Below are positions 37,756 to 47,922 of a stretch of DNA of 64,000 nt, piece by piece. How positions within the stretch are numbered: the first letter of the stretch is position 1; each line of letters begins with the position of its first letter. The DNA comes from an uncultured bacterium (GTDB taxonomy: Bacteria > Patescibacteriota > Minisyncoccia > Phycocordibacterales > UBA9973): NCBI GenBank assembly GCA_903894565.1, contig CAITQP010000011.1, positions 70,515-134,514 on the forward strand, given 5' to 3'. The position numbers and the translations under genes were made by a program. The notes under the pieces are model-generated. The model was not told the DNA's origin. It saw only the letters and a program-made list of their open reading frames with translations, and searched no databases.

Positions 37756-39228
37756 ATGTCAAAAAACGAATCAATCCTCCGTTTCGAAGAGGTGTCATTT
37801 GAATACGGGCACAACAAACCTATCCTTGAGGCTGTAAGCTTCGGGATTCGTCGTGGCGCCAAAATCACACTCATGGGACAAAATGGTGCCGGCAAAAGTA
37901 CGATTTTTGGACTTATCAATGGAACAAGTGAACCCGAGAATGGTTCTATAATCATTGGCGACGGAGTTACGATAGCGACAAGTCGTCAGGTTATACCACG
38001 AACAGAAATGGATCTGACTGTACGCGAATTTTTTCAAAAACAATTCAAACAAAAAGTTTATGATATCGATCCCAAAATTGATGACGCTCTTGAGATCGTC
38101 AATCTGAAAGGGCATGAAAAAGTACACGATCGAATTATCAAGACATTTTCTGGGGGTCAACAAGCGCGCCTTTTGCTCGCATCTGCACTGATTACCGATC
38201 CTGATATCTTGCTTCTCGACGAACCAACAAACAATCTTGATAAGGCAGGAATTGAGCATCTTACACAATTTCTCATTAATTATAAAAAAACGGTTGTCGT
38301 TATTTCCCATGATGCCGAATTTTTGAACGCGTTCACTGACGCAGTCTTGTATCTCGATATCTATACACGCAAAGTTGAATACTACGTTGGAAACTACAAC
38401 AACGTTTTGAAAGACATTACCGCTCGTGTTGAACGAGAGAACATGAAGAACGCACAGCTCGCAAAACAAATCCAGGCGAAAAAGGACAAGTCAAACGAAT
38501 TTGCGCACAAAGGAGGACGTTTGCGTCTCGTTGCAAAACGCATGAAGGAACTCGCTGAAGATCTTGAGGAGGAGATGGTGGATGTTCGCAAAGAAGACAA
38601 AACAATCAAACAATTTACCATTCCACATCAACCTGACTTGATCGGTGAAATCATTTCGATCACATCGCTCTCCATGATGAAAAATCACAAGCCTGTTGAG
38701 CGTAAAATTTCTGCATCCCTAAAACGCAATCAGCACTTACTTCTGAAAGGACCGAATGGAATAGGGAAGACAACTCTCCTCGAAAGTATCGCTCGTGGTA
38801 CTGCTAAAGGCGTCACCATTCAGAGTGGAGTGCGGGTTGGATATTACCGTCAAGATTTCGGAACACTCAATTTTGACGAGACACCGTTTCAGGCACTCAA
38901 GAATGTAGTCATGCGAATCACCGGGCGTTTTGAAGAAGAGCGTATGCGTTCAGTCGCAGCAGGATTCCTCATCACTGGAGAAATCATGAATACCAAAATC
39001 GGTGCGCTTTCTGAGGGGCAAAAAGGACTTGTCGCTTTCGCGAGCCTTGTACTCGAACAACCAGGACTCCTTATTCTCGATGAGCCAACAAACCATATAA
39101 ACTTCCGTCATCTTCCTATCATCGCCAAGGCACTTGATCAATACCAAGGTGCAATGATTGTCGTTTCTCACGTACCGGAATTTCTCGCTCAGATTCGTAT
39201 CGATGACACACTCGACCTCGACAAGTAG
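37756..39228 (+). CDS. ABC-F family ATPase
   Basis: Two ABC cassettes (GQNGAGKS and GPNGIGKT, with LLDEPTN twice); no TM segment. Confidence 0.92.
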   Translation: MSKNESILRFEEVSFEYGHNKPILEAVSFGIRRGAKITLMGQNGAGKSTIFGLINGTSEPENGSIIIGDGVTIATSRQVIPRTEMDLTVREFFQKQFKQKVYDIDPKIDDALEIVNLKGHEKVHDRIIKTFSGGQQARLLLASALITDPDILLLDEPTNNLDKAGIEHLTQFLINYKKTVVVISHDAEFLNAFTDAVLYLDIYTRKVEYYVGNYNNVLKDITARVERENMKNAQLAKQIQAKKDKSNEFAHKGGRLRLVAKRMKELAEDLEEEMVDVRKEDKTIKQFTIPHQPDLIGEIISITSLSMMKNHKPVERKISASLKRNQHLLLKGPNGIGKTTLLESIARGTAKGVTIQSGVRVGYYRQDFGTLNFDETPFQALKNVVMRITGRFEEERMRSVAAGFLITGEIMNTKIGALSEGQKGLVAFASLVLEQPGLLILDEPTNHINFRHLPIIAKALDQYQGAMIVVSHVPEFLAQIRIDDTLDLDK

Positions 39229-39236
39229 TTCGTTTT

Positions 39237-40148
39237 TTAATCAAAAATATTTGCGAGATACGTATCGATGTCACGTTGGTCCATCGCGTAAAAATATGTT
39301 GCGCGATTGTGAATTTCAGTTGCAAGCTTCACTCCTACAAATCGCCAGTGCCATGGTTCGAATTGGTACGACGGGTTGTTTTCAGGGTACGAAATGACAA
39401 AACCGTACTGGTATGCGTTTGCTTGAAGCCACACATATTCAGGTGTTTTTTCGAATCCTGAAAGTGCACCATCGATTTTTTGAGTAGTAAAATCTACGGC
39501 CGTGCCGAGCTGGTGCTCAGAATATCCTTGTTCGGCAGAAAATGAGTTGGCAGTTCCTGAACCATAAGTAACTCGATACTTCGCTTTCAAGATTGCTTGA
39601 GTACCAAATGATCTATATGCAGAATCAAGTCGAAGTGTGAGTCCAGCGTTTTGTGCTGAAGTAAGCAGATTCGTGAGATATGGTAAGACATTTGTGTGAA
39701 TCTGTAGTTGCTTTGTTTCAGGACTCGCAAAATGCGAATCAACATACGAGAGCGAGACGGGGACGTAATGCTCGTTCAAAAAATATACTTTCGAGTACTG
39801 TTTTAAAAGCTCGGGGTCAGTCTTGCTTAATTTTTCAAGATTACCGACAGTACTCGTTACTGCGCCGATTTGCTCTATAACAAGTGCATTTTTCTGTTGT
39901 TCTGAAAGAAGCGCATCTGTTAAAAATGAATTTGTTGTTTTTAATGAAGCCAGTGAATCAGTAATGTCTTTTATTTTTTGATCTGTTACACTTTTGTTCG
40001 CCAATAGTTCGATATTCGTTTTGGTGATTGAATTTTGGAGCGAACGAACAGTTGTTTGATAGTGATAGATACCATACACGACGAGCGCGAGCGTAGCGAG
40101 CGCGATACCTCCGTACACAATGCGTAGTCGAAGTGATGTTGTTTGCAT
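39237..40148 (-). CDS. M15B (VanY-like) D,D-carboxypeptidase with TM and coiled coil
   Basis: SAYRS...Q, SEHQLG.AVD and EPWHWRFVG. Confidence 0.9.
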   Translation of the reverse strand: MQTTSLRLRIVYGGIALATLALVVYGIYHYQTTVRSLQNSITKTNIELLANKSVTDQKIKDITDSLASLKTTNSFLTDALLSEQQKNALVIEQIGAVTSTVGNLEKLSKTDPELLKQYSKVYFLNEHYVPVSLSYVDSHFASPETKQLQIHTNVLPYLTNLLTSAQNAGLTLRLDSAYRSFGTQAILKAKYRVTYGSGTANSFSAEQGYSEHQLGTAVDFTTQKIDGALSGFEKTPEYVWLQANAYQYGFVISYPENNPSYQFEPWHWRFVGVKLATEIHNRATYFYAMDQRDIDTYLANIFD

Positions 40149-40173
40149 CTATGTAGTATACAAGCCTTTAGGA

Positions 40174-40470
40174 CTAACGCGAAAGATATTTTTTACCGTA
40201 CTTTGTCATCTCGTCGAAAATTGTTGCAAGCTTTTTTCCTTTTACGCTAATCAAATAGTGAGGTTCTCGTTTTGTAATAATCCCTTCACTCTCCAATTTT
40301 TGTAATTTAAGAGAAAGTGTTCGCGTGCTAATACCAGTTAGGGAGTCATGTAACTCAGAAAAACGCATCTCGCTCTTCATAAGATCGCGGAGAATAAGCA
40401 TAGTCCAGGTGTCCGAAAGCAAGGAAGCTACCTTCGCTATAGGACATTTTGCCTTACTGTGGTCTTTCAT
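40174..40470 (-). CDS. HxlR-family winged-helix regulator
   Basis: CPI...LL...W..LILRDL...RFSEL...GIS.RTLS..L..LE..GII. Confidence 0.9.
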   Translation of the reverse strand: MKDHSKAKCPIAKVASLLSDTWTMLILRDLMKSEMRFSELHDSLTGISTRTLSLKLQKLESEGIITKREPHYLISVKGKKLATIFDEMTKYGKKYLSR

Positions 40471-40491
40471 ATATTTGGCGATTATAACATA

Positions 40492-40541
40492 CTTTACTTT
40501 GTAAAGCACCTCCTGTATACTAAGAGTCTTACAAACAGTAA
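40492..40541. promoter_or_regulatory. Candidate HxlR-family operators
   Basis: CTTTAC-TTT-GTAAAG (40492-40506) and TTAC-AAACA-GTAA (40529-40541) between divergent genes. Confidence 0.45.
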
Positions 40542-40562
40542 TTTATATACATACACTATTTT

Positions 40563-41087
40563 ATGAATACATGGCATATCGACGCAGCGCACTCAGAAGT
40601 TGGTTTTACAGTGAAGCATCTCCTTATCTCGACTGTCCGCGGTCGTTTTGGAACATTTGAAGGTACGCTCAGTGCAACTGACGAAACATTTTCTGACGCA
40701 AAACTTTCGTTTAGTGCGGACACAGCAAGTATTACGACAAACAACGCGATGCGCGACGCACACCTCCAGTCGCCTGATTTCTTTGATGGTGCAAACAACC
40801 CGAAAGTACTGTTTGTCTCAAAATCATTCGCGAAGAGTGGAGACAATGCGTACGCAGTCGTTGGCGACTTCACCATGCGTGGCGTAACAAAAGAAATCAC
40901 GATCAACGCAATCCTTAATGGATCAGTTGTAGATGCATATGGAAAGAAAGTTGTATCGTTTGATGTGAGTGGCACAATCAAGCGTACTGATTTCGGTGTA
41001 AACTGGAACGCAGCGCTTGAAGCTGGTGGTGTCGCCGTCAGTGAAGATGTAACCCTCGAGGCTACAATCGAATTGAAGCAGGAATAA
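40563..41087 (+). CDS. YceI family protein
   Basis: W.ID.AHS.V.F.VKHL, RDAHL.S.DFFD and I.R.DFG. Confidence 0.93.
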   Translation: MNTWHIDAAHSEVGFTVKHLLISTVRGRFGTFEGTLSATDETFSDAKLSFSADTASITTNNAMRDAHLQSPDFFDGANNPKVLFVSKSFAKSGDNAYAVVGDFTMRGVTKEITINAILNGSVVDAYGKKVVSFDVSGTIKRTDFGVNWNAALEAGGVAVSEDVTLEATIELKQE

Positions 41088-41095
41088 TATTCACC

Positions 41096-41143
41096 AAAGG
41101 AAATAAAATGGCCGCGCGTACGCGCGGCCATTTTATTTCCTTT
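41096..41143. terminator. Perfect 48-bp palindrome acting as a probable terminator
   Basis: AAAGGAAATAAAATGGCCGCGCGT|ACGCGCGGCCATTTTATTTCCTTT. Confidence 0.8.
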
Positions 41144-41173
41144 TTATTTCAAACTGAAATATACTAAAACAAC

Positions 41174-42286
41174 ATGGCTCGCAAGCGAATCAAAATTATT
41201 CACACATGGTACGCGAAAAACGAGCGGATCATTTCTACTTTGTCACTCGTTGGCGGATTTGTATTCAATGCACTTACGCTAACTCGAGTTGACGAGTTCA
41301 TGGAAAATTTTTGGGTCATTGTTCATCTCGTAGTGGTTGGCGCGTGTATCATCATGCTCAACCGTCAGGAAAACTTTGAAACACTAGACTCAAAAAATCC
41401 AGAACGTCTACACTTTTGGCTCGTAACAGTCCTTCAATTTACATTCGGAGGACTCCTGAGTACGTTTATTGTTTTCTATCTTCGAAGTGCCGTTATTGCA
41501 GTGGCATGGCCATTTTTCCTCATTCTTGCAGCTGCTTTTGTTGCGAATGAATCGCTCAAGCATCACTATTCTCGCGTCAGTTTCCAAATCGGATTTTTTT
41601 TCCTCTCGATATACCTTTTTGCGATATTTGTTGTTCCTGTGATCATGCACCAAATTAGTACTCAAGTATTTCTCATGAGTGGAGGGTTAAGTGTTATCGC
41701 ACTTATTGGATTTATTGCACTTCTGCGAAAATCAACACAAATTGATATCGCAAAAGTACGAATTGAATTATTATCAATCGTTGCAGGTATTTTTGTAATC
41801 GTAAATGCGTTTTACTTCCTGAATATTATTCCTCCGCTTCCACTCGCACTTACTGACGCCGGAATCTATCATTCCATTTCACGCACGACTACTGGCACCT
41901 ATTCTGTGACGCTCGAACCCGAGTCAATTCGAGAAAAATTGCTCACATACATAAGTGTATATCCGACCTTCCATGCGACAAAAGATAGTCTTGTGTATGC
42001 GTATAGTTCAATATTCTCTCCACTTTCGTTCAATACAACCGTCACTCATCAATGGCAAAAATATGATCCGACTATAAAAAAGTGGGCGACGGAGATTAGC
42101 GTAGATCTTTCTGTGTCAGGTGGACGAGCCCAAGGATACCGCACCTATTCGATCAATAGTGATCTCACTGAAGGGAAGTGGCGTGTGAACGTGCTGACTC
42201 CAGGCGGGCAGCTTGTCGGACGGATGGCGTTCGAAGTAGTGCTTGATGGAACCCCGACGACACTTCTCACTGAGACGAAAGAGTAA
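41174..42286 (+). CDS. DUF2914-domain membrane protein
   Basis: Multi-TM N-terminus, IIPPLPL and a C-terminal GGR.QGYRTYS...G.WRV.V motif. Confidence 0.8.
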   Translation: MARKRIKIIHTWYAKNERIISTLSLVGGFVFNALTLTRVDEFMENFWVIVHLVVVGACIIMLNRQENFETLDSKNPERLHFWLVTVLQFTFGGLLSTFIVFYLRSAVIAVAWPFFLILAAAFVANESLKHHYSRVSFQIGFFFLSIYLFAIFVVPVIMHQISTQVFLMSGGLSVIALIGFIALLRKSTQIDIAKVRIELLSIVAGIFVIVNAFYFLNIIPPLPLALTDAGIYHSISRTTTGTYSVTLEPESIREKLLTYISVYPTFHATKDSLVYAYSSIFSPLSFNTTVTHQWQKYDPTIKKWATEISVDLSVSGGRAQGYRTYSINSDLTEGKWRVNVLTPGGQLVGRMAFEVVLDGTPTTLLTETKE

Positions 42287-42336
42287 CTGGTACACTGCTT
42301 TTGCAAAATATCATTTCATCAGTATACTGTGAGCGC

Positions 42337-43185
42337 ATGAATAGATTTTTACGAGTTATATTTCAGATATTTGTGGGGATTTTTGCTGTGATTGGCCTCG
42401 CCTTCACCGTGGTTTTTTTCGGTATGCGCTACGGGATTTTTAATGTACGTGGATCAATCGCACAGAGAAATTCATTTTTCAACACCCCTACAACAACTCC
42501 GAAAAATGTGGTTGTGGCACCATGCCTCGACACTCAACTAACCTGTCAATGGAATCAAACACCAGAATGGCAAGCTATCCAAGGCGGACTTGAAAAAGAT
42601 TCAATGGTCATCAATCGCGTAAGTGCTGAGACTGGTGTGTCAGCACGCATGATTGCGTCAGTCGTCGTGCCAGAACAAACTAGATTTTTCACTGCTAACC
42701 GTGAGATATTCAAAAGCTATTTTGAACCACTCAAAATACTCGGATCAATGACGCAATTTTCTCTTGGTATCTCAGGCATCAAGGAACCTACGGCAAAAGA
42801 TATTGAACTATACGCAACGACCGAAACGGCCGATGCATACCCAGGAAATGGAATGAGTGCACTATTCGCTTATCCTGACGGACAAGATCACGATACGGTA
42901 CTTTATAATAGACTGACTGATGCAAAAGATCATTACTATCAGTATCTCTACACGGCACTTTTCATAAAAGAAATCGAAGCACAATGGCAAAAGTCTGGTT
43001 TTGATATCACAAAAGACCCAGGAACGATCGTCACACTCTTTAACCTTGGTTTCAATGCCTCACACCCAAATGCGCAACCGAAGGTTGGGGGAGCGAATAT
43101 TGTATCTGGAGGTACAACGTATGTGTACGGCGAACTTGGAGCGCTCTTCTACAACAGCACTGAATTACCAGACATCAAGCCGTAA
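42337..43185 (+). CDS. Conserved hypothetical membrane-anchored protein
   Basis: N-terminal TM with EQ.RFF...RE.FK.YFEP and TLFN.GF..S.P patterns. Confidence 0.75.
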   Translation: MNRFLRVIFQIFVGIFAVIGLAFTVVFFGMRYGIFNVRGSIAQRNSFFNTPTTTPKNVVVAPCLDTQLTCQWNQTPEWQAIQGGLEKDSMVINRVSAETGVSARMIASVVVPEQTRFFTANREIFKSYFEPLKILGSMTQFSLGISGIKEPTAKDIELYATTETADAYPGNGMSALFAYPDGQDHDTVLYNRLTDAKDHYYQYLYTALFIKEIEAQWQKSGFDITKDPGTIVTLFNLGFNASHPNAQPKVGGANIVSGGTTYVYGELGALFYNSTELPDIKP

Positions 43186-43356
43186 GATACTAAGTCAATA
43201 GACCTATTGACTTTATCTTTAGATAATGGTTTATTACTAAGTAATTCTACCGTCACCGTAATTCAAAGGTGGTCATTAAGGCTGCAGCAACGCACTGACA
43301 TTTTTGTCATGGACAGTCTGAGCAAATAATTCGTTAAACAATTCAATACGTTCTTT

Positions 43357-44172
43357 ATGCAGAAAAAGTCGAGTGACCCTCGCAAGAAAAAGTATTCTCC
43401 ACCCGTACAGACACCTCCATCTCCTCCTCAAGGAAACAGGAAGTTCGTGTTATTAATCAGTTGCGTCGTTATTCTGGTAGCTGGATACATAATCCTGAAC
43501 TTCAGGAATAATTCTCCGAACAGAGAGGCTCAGCGAATTATCAGCCGAGCATTTGGAATTACCGAATTTATTCCGGACAGTACAAAAAATGTGAAACGCC
43601 TCATTCAAGAAGGGCTCAAGGAAATGAAAATTCTTAAACTGGGGTCAGATGGTAAGGTCCATATCCCGGACAGTGGTCGTTTTTTTATTGTTACAGTTCC
43701 CGGAACGGAGATGCCTGGATCAAACGATGCTGCGCCGTTCGAAAGCAAAACCATGATGGAATTTTCATGGGAAGAGATTGAATTGCACGGGAAAGTTGTG
43801 ATACTTATGAATAATGAAATCGAGGACATCTCACATGACCTCGACGTAAAAGCTTCATGTCTGATTCATGAAATGATTCATGCACTACAAGCAAGCAAAC
43901 ACCTAAATGAAGGACAAAAAAAACTTCGGCCCGAGCAGCAGTACTCAGATGAGTGTGTGGCTTGGAATTCGCAAGTCTACCTTTATCAAAAGGTGCACCC
44001 AGAGGTGTTTGCTGGTATTACATGTAAATGCGAGACCGGCCTGCTCTTAGGGATGAATGATTTTCAAAGAAAGATTCTTGTTAGTGACGAAAGAGACCCT
44101 CTGATTCACAGTCTGGTTTTGTTCTCGCTCTGTAAGGATTCTTTCCTCAAGAAACTCTACCCTGAGAAGTAG
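43357..44172 (+). CDS. Membrane-anchored putative zincin (HExxH) protein
   Basis: TM after a basic/Pro-rich N-terminus; LIHEMIHA with a downstream E (DECVAW). Confidence 0.7.
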   Translation: MQKKSSDPRKKKYSPPVQTPPSPPQGNRKFVLLISCVVILVAGYIILNFRNNSPNREAQRIISRAFGITEFIPDSTKNVKRLIQEGLKEMKILKLGSDGKVHIPDSGRFFIVTVPGTEMPGSNDAAPFESKTMMEFSWEEIELHGKVVILMNNEIEDISHDLDVKASCLIHEMIHALQASKHLNEGQKKLRPEQQYSDECVAWNSQVYLYQKVHPEVFAGITCKCETGLLLGMNDFQRKILVSDERDPLIHSLVLFSLCKDSFLKKLYPEK

Positions 44173-44199
44173 TCAGGTGACGAATTTATGATTTTGATT

Positions 44200-44231
44200 A
44201 ATAGCAGGCTCAAAAAGAGCCTGCTATTTTT
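44200..44231 (+). terminator. Intrinsic terminator
   Basis: AATAGCAGGCTC-AAAAA-GAGCCTGCTATTTTT. Confidence 0.78.
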
Positions 44232-44292
44232 CATTTTGCGTCGTAAATGCGGTTTAATTGACATTTTACTTAAATATTGTTATATATTAAGT

Positions 44293-45078
44293 ATGAAATT
44301 TGAGCCGAAAAAGAAACCTGAACTCCCACAATCTTCCTCGTGGGGAGGCGTTGCTGAGTGGTACGACAATCATCTTGAAACAGACAAGGACAGCTACCAG
44401 GAAAAAGTTATAGCACCGAACCTGCTCCGATTGCTTGATATTAAAAACGGCACCCGAGTACTTGATCTCGCGTGTGGTCAAGGTTTTTTTTCGCGTAAAA
44501 TTGCCGACAAAGGCGCACTTGTTACTGGTGCAGATATTGGCAAAGAACTCATTGCTGTCGCACAAAAACGCTCACCAAAGATTACTTATCATGCGACTCC
44601 AGCGCACAAACTTGGGTTTGCACAAGGCGAGACGTTTGATGTCGTGATCATAATTCTTGCCATCCAAAACATTGGCAACATGGGAGAAGTATTCAAAGAA
44701 GTATGGCGCGTTCTCAGGAAAGGAGGTCGGATGATCCTCGTTCTAAACCATCCAGCATTTCGTATTCCAAAACGTTCAAGTTGGGGATTCTCAAGCGCAG
44801 ATAAAAAACAATACCGTCGTATCGATGGATATTTGTCAGAGAACACTGTGCCAATCGTAATGCACCCAGGTCAATCAAACAGTGAATCAACTGTCTCGTA
44901 CCATAGATCAATGCAAGACTACTTTAAGTCACTAAACAAAGCTGGCTTTGTGGTGTCTCGCCTTGAAGAATGGATCTCTCACAAAAAAAGTCAAAATGGT
45001 CCCCGACAAGTAGCAGAGGATACTGCTCGAAAAGAAATCCCGCTTTTCTTGATGATCGAAGCGAAAAAAGAAAACTAA
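44293..45078 (+). CDS. Class I SAM-dependent methyltransferase
   Basis: VLDLACGQG, G.D, FDVV and RVLRKGG. Confidence 0.88.
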   Translation: MKFEPKKKPELPQSSSWGGVAEWYDNHLETDKDSYQEKVIAPNLLRLLDIKNGTRVLDLACGQGFFSRKIADKGALVTGADIGKELIAVAQKRSPKITYHATPAHKLGFAQGETFDVVIIILAIQNIGNMGEVFKEVWRVLRKGGRMILVLNHPAFRIPKRSSWGFSSADKKQYRRIDGYLSENTVPIVMHPGQSNSESTVSYHRSMQDYFKSLNKAGFVVSRLEEWISHKKSQNGPRQVAEDTARKEIPLFLMIEAKKEN

Positions 45079-45108
45079 AACATCACGCATTACTATGCGT
45101 GATGTTTT
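45077..45108. terminator. Bidirectional terminator overlapping both stop codons
   Basis: AAAACATCACGCAT-TACT-ATGCGTGATGTTTT. Confidence 0.72.
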
Positions 45109-46073
45109 TGATATTCACTGTAGTAGCGCACCATCGGTGGCAAACTTGCTGCAACGGGAAGTGCGAGAAATGCTCCAATTACTCCAAATAATCCACCTCC
45201 AACGACAACAGAAATAAACGAAAGTGCGGGAGATATGTCGAGTGCCTTGTTATAGATTGCTGGTGAAATAACAACATTTTCTAATTGTTGATAGATAAGA
45301 TGAAGAACGAGAATCAATGTTCCCGTAAGCGGAGATATCGTATAACCGATTACAAGAGCCGGGAGCGTGCCGAGCGTGCCTCCAATGAGGGGGAGAAGAT
45401 CCATAATACCTGCGAAAATTGCGAGAGGAAGAGCAAATGGAACATTAAGCGCAACGAGAACTATGAAGAGATACATCGCACAAATAATTGAGATAATGAC
45501 ATTTCCACGAATATACTGACCATTCACACGGGCAACTTCCATCAACGTCGAATGCATTCGAGCTCTGTCTTTCGTTGGGAAAATGTCGAGGAAAAAACCA
45601 AGGAAACGCTCGTTGTCGAGGATAAGATAAAATGCCATAAAAAACACAGTAATAACAGCAACGACACCGGAAGCAAGCGTCTTTGTTGAGGTCACAATAT
45701 CGCCTGAATGTTGTGAGAAATAAGCAGCAGCATCAAATGAGCGCAACTCTGGCGGAAGAAACATCGCGTGGCTGAGTACCTGATGCAGTGTAGCCATCAA
45801 CGACGGAATTTCACTGACAATGTTTGGAACAACAAATACTCCAAAGAAAATAAATGGAATAAGGAGTAACGCAAAAACAAACATGGTCGCTGGAAGAAGC
45901 GGCATCCTTTTGTGTACTCGCTTTACGTAGGGGTATACTGCTGTTGCCAAAATAAGCGAAATAACAATTGCGACGAGCACATCGATGGCTTGCCATGCAA
46001 GCAGGATACCGAGCGCGAGCAAAGTGACGCGACCCAATGCTTGCCATGAAAGTGGATGTTCTTTGTTTGTCAT
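45093..46073 (-). CDS. AI-2E family transporter
   Basis: YIRG, P.IG, QQLEN.VISP and GG.LFG.IGAFLALP. Confidence 0.88.
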   Translation of the reverse strand: MTNKEHPLSWQALGRVTLLALGILLAWQAIDVLVAIVISLILATAVYPYVKRVHKRMPLLPATMFVFALLLIPFIFFGVFVVPNIVSEIPSLMATLHQVLSHAMFLPPELRSFDAAAYFSQHSGDIVTSTKTLASGVVAVITVFFMAFYLILDNERFLGFFLDIFPTKDRARMHSTLMEVARVNGQYIRGNVIISIICAMYLFIVLVALNVPFALPLAIFAGIMDLLPLIGGTLGTLPALVIGYTISPLTGTLILVLHLIYQQLENVVISPAIYNKALDISPALSFISVVVGGGLFGVIGAFLALPVAASLPPMVRYYSEYQKHHA

Positions 46074-46102
46074 ATGTACTCTGTATTGTATACTAAAAAT
46101 AT

Positions 46103-46582
46103 ATGAGTATCCATCCTGAAGTCACTATCGGCCACGTGCATCTCACCGTTTCTGACCTTGATCGTGCGCTCGTTTTTTATCGCGACCTCCTTGGTTTTGA
46201 AATTACAACTCGTTATGGTGATTCAGCAGTATTTCTTTCTGCCGGTGGATACCATCATCACATCGCGCTCAACACATGGGCAGGCAAAGGTGCAACACCA
46301 CCACCGTCTGGACACACGGGTTTGTATCATGTGGCAATTCTCTATCCATCGCGCAAAGAACTTGCTCGCATTGTTCAAAAATTAATCGACGAAAAATATC
46401 CAGTCACCGGCACAGCCGATCATGGAGTATCAGAAGCTATTTATCTCAACGACCCCGATGGAAACGGTGTAGAGCTGTACTGCGATCGTCCACGAAATAC
46501 ATGGAAAGTAAAAAACGATGGCGAGGTTGAAATGGTAACCGAAGTACTCGACGTAGACAATTTGCTTGCCGAGTTACTTTAA
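46103..46582 (+). CDS. VOC/glyoxalase family protein (CatE-like half)
   Basis: IGHVHL.VSDL, GGYHHHIALNTW and DHGVSEAIYL.DPDGNG.ELY. Confidence 0.9.
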   Translation: MSIHPEVTIGHVHLTVSDLDRALVFYRDLLGFEITTRYGDSAVFLSAGGYHHHIALNTWAGKGATPPPSGHTGLYHVAILYPSRKELARIVQKLIDEKYPVTGTADHGVSEAIYLNDPDGNGVELYCDRPRNTWKVKNDGEVEMVTEVLDVDNLLAELL

Positions 46583-47332
46583 ATTGAGTTTCTTGAGAAG
46601 CGTTGAGATTTCTGATTTTGTCAGATTGCGATATGCGCCGTCTTGCAAATCTCCGATCTTGATGTGTTCGATACGTAGACGAATGAGGTCCATGACCTGA
46701 TCTCCGGCAGCCTCAACCATTTTTCGAATCTGACGGTTGCGGCCTTCTTTCAAGATAATACGAAACGTCTTGTCACTTTCACGAGTGATTTGAGTACTCA
46801 TGGTACGTACACGATCAATCACCATTCCGTGTTCGAGTTTGTCGATAAATTTTTGATTCACGCCTTTGGCGAGCGTCACGCGATATTCTTTTTCGTGTTC
46901 GAATTTCGGATCCAGCAAACGATGCGTGATGCGACGATCATTCGTCATCAAAATGAGTCCGTGTGATTCTTTGTCGAGACGACCAATAGGGAACACAGGG
47001 GTACGAAATTTTGTATTGTCGAGAATGTCTTCTTCGTCTCCTTGTGCACCAGTCGTCACAAGACCCATCGGCTTGTTGTAGGCATAATACACATATGATT
47101 GCTTCGCTCCGCGAAGCTCAACTTTGTCCATGATTGGATCAATTTGCATGCCAGGAACAGCCTTCGTGCCATTCACGTAGACTTTGCCGGCAAGGATCAT
47201 TTCATCCGCCTCACGGCGTGAAGAAAGGCCGATATCAGCCATATGTTTGTTGATACGGACTGTCGTTTTGCCTTTCGGCTTCACGGAGTACCCGGCAGCA
47301 ACCTGTTTTTTGTTTGGAGTTTGTGTTCGCAT
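46574..47332 (-). CDS. rRNA pseudouridine synthase (RsuA/RluB/RluF family)
   Basis: S4 domain (SRREAD), NKP.G, GRLDKESHG and EGRNRQIRKM. Confidence 0.92.
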   Translation of the reverse strand: MRTQTPNKKQVAAGYSVKPKGKTTVRINKHMADIGLSSRREADEMILAGKVYVNGTKAVPGMQIDPIMDKVELRGAKQSYVYYAYNKPMGLVTTGAQGDEEDILDNTKFRTPVFPIGRLDKESHGLILMTNDRRITHRLLDPKFEHEKEYRVTLAKGVNQKFIDKLEHGMVIDRVRTMSTQITRESDKTFRIILKEGRNRQIRKMVEAAGDQVMDLIRLRIEHIKIGDLQDGAYRNLTKSEISTLLKKLNLK

Positions 47333-47407
47333 TTCGAAATATATTAGAACATATTTTTATAAAAAAAGCAATTTCGTACGAAACCAAGAACCTGATACGA
47401 TAGAAGT

Positions 47408-47875
47408 ATGAATTACTGGCTCATAAAATCTGAAGCGAGTTGCTATTCCATCGACGACCTCAAGCGCGACAAGAAGACAGCGTGGTCCGGCATTCGCAAT
47501 TACCAAGCACGCAATTTTATGCGTGATGACATGCGTCTTGGCGATCAAGTTTTGTTTTATCACTCAAACGGCACACCCGAAATACCGAGCGGTATCTATG
47601 GTATTGCAAAAGTCGTGAGCAAACCACATCGAGACGAAACTCAGTTTGATACGAAGGATGAACATTTTGATCCAAAGGCTTCCGAAACGAACCCTATTTG
47701 GGCCTGCGTTGATGTCGGATTTGTACGTAAGTTCAAACAACCGATCCCACTCACTGAACTCAAGCGCGATTCAAAGCTCAAAGGTCTCGCCGTGCTGGAG
47801 CGTGGCTCGAGACTTTCAGTCACACCTGTTAGCGAGGAGCATTTCCTACGAATCGTAACCGAACTTATTCAATAG
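47408..47875 (+). CDS. EVE domain protein
   Basis: YWLIKSE, W.GIRNYQARNFMR, FYHS and RLSV.PV. Confidence 0.93.
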   Translation: MNYWLIKSEASCYSIDDLKRDKKTAWSGIRNYQARNFMRDDMRLGDQVLFYHSNGTPEIPSGIYGIAKVVSKPHRDETQFDTKDEHFDPKASETNPIWACVDVGFVRKFKQPIPLTELKRDSKLKGLAVLERGSRLSVTPVSEEHFLRIVTELIQ

Positions 47876-47922
47876 ACCACACAAAAACACTAAATGCCTT
47901 GGCACTTAATGTACGCAAGGCA

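Noticed and set aside
37795-38469. Long antisense ORFs (for example 37795-38469, 54360-54977 and 5736-6275)
   Set aside because: They are codon-bias shadows of well-supported genes on the opposite strand.
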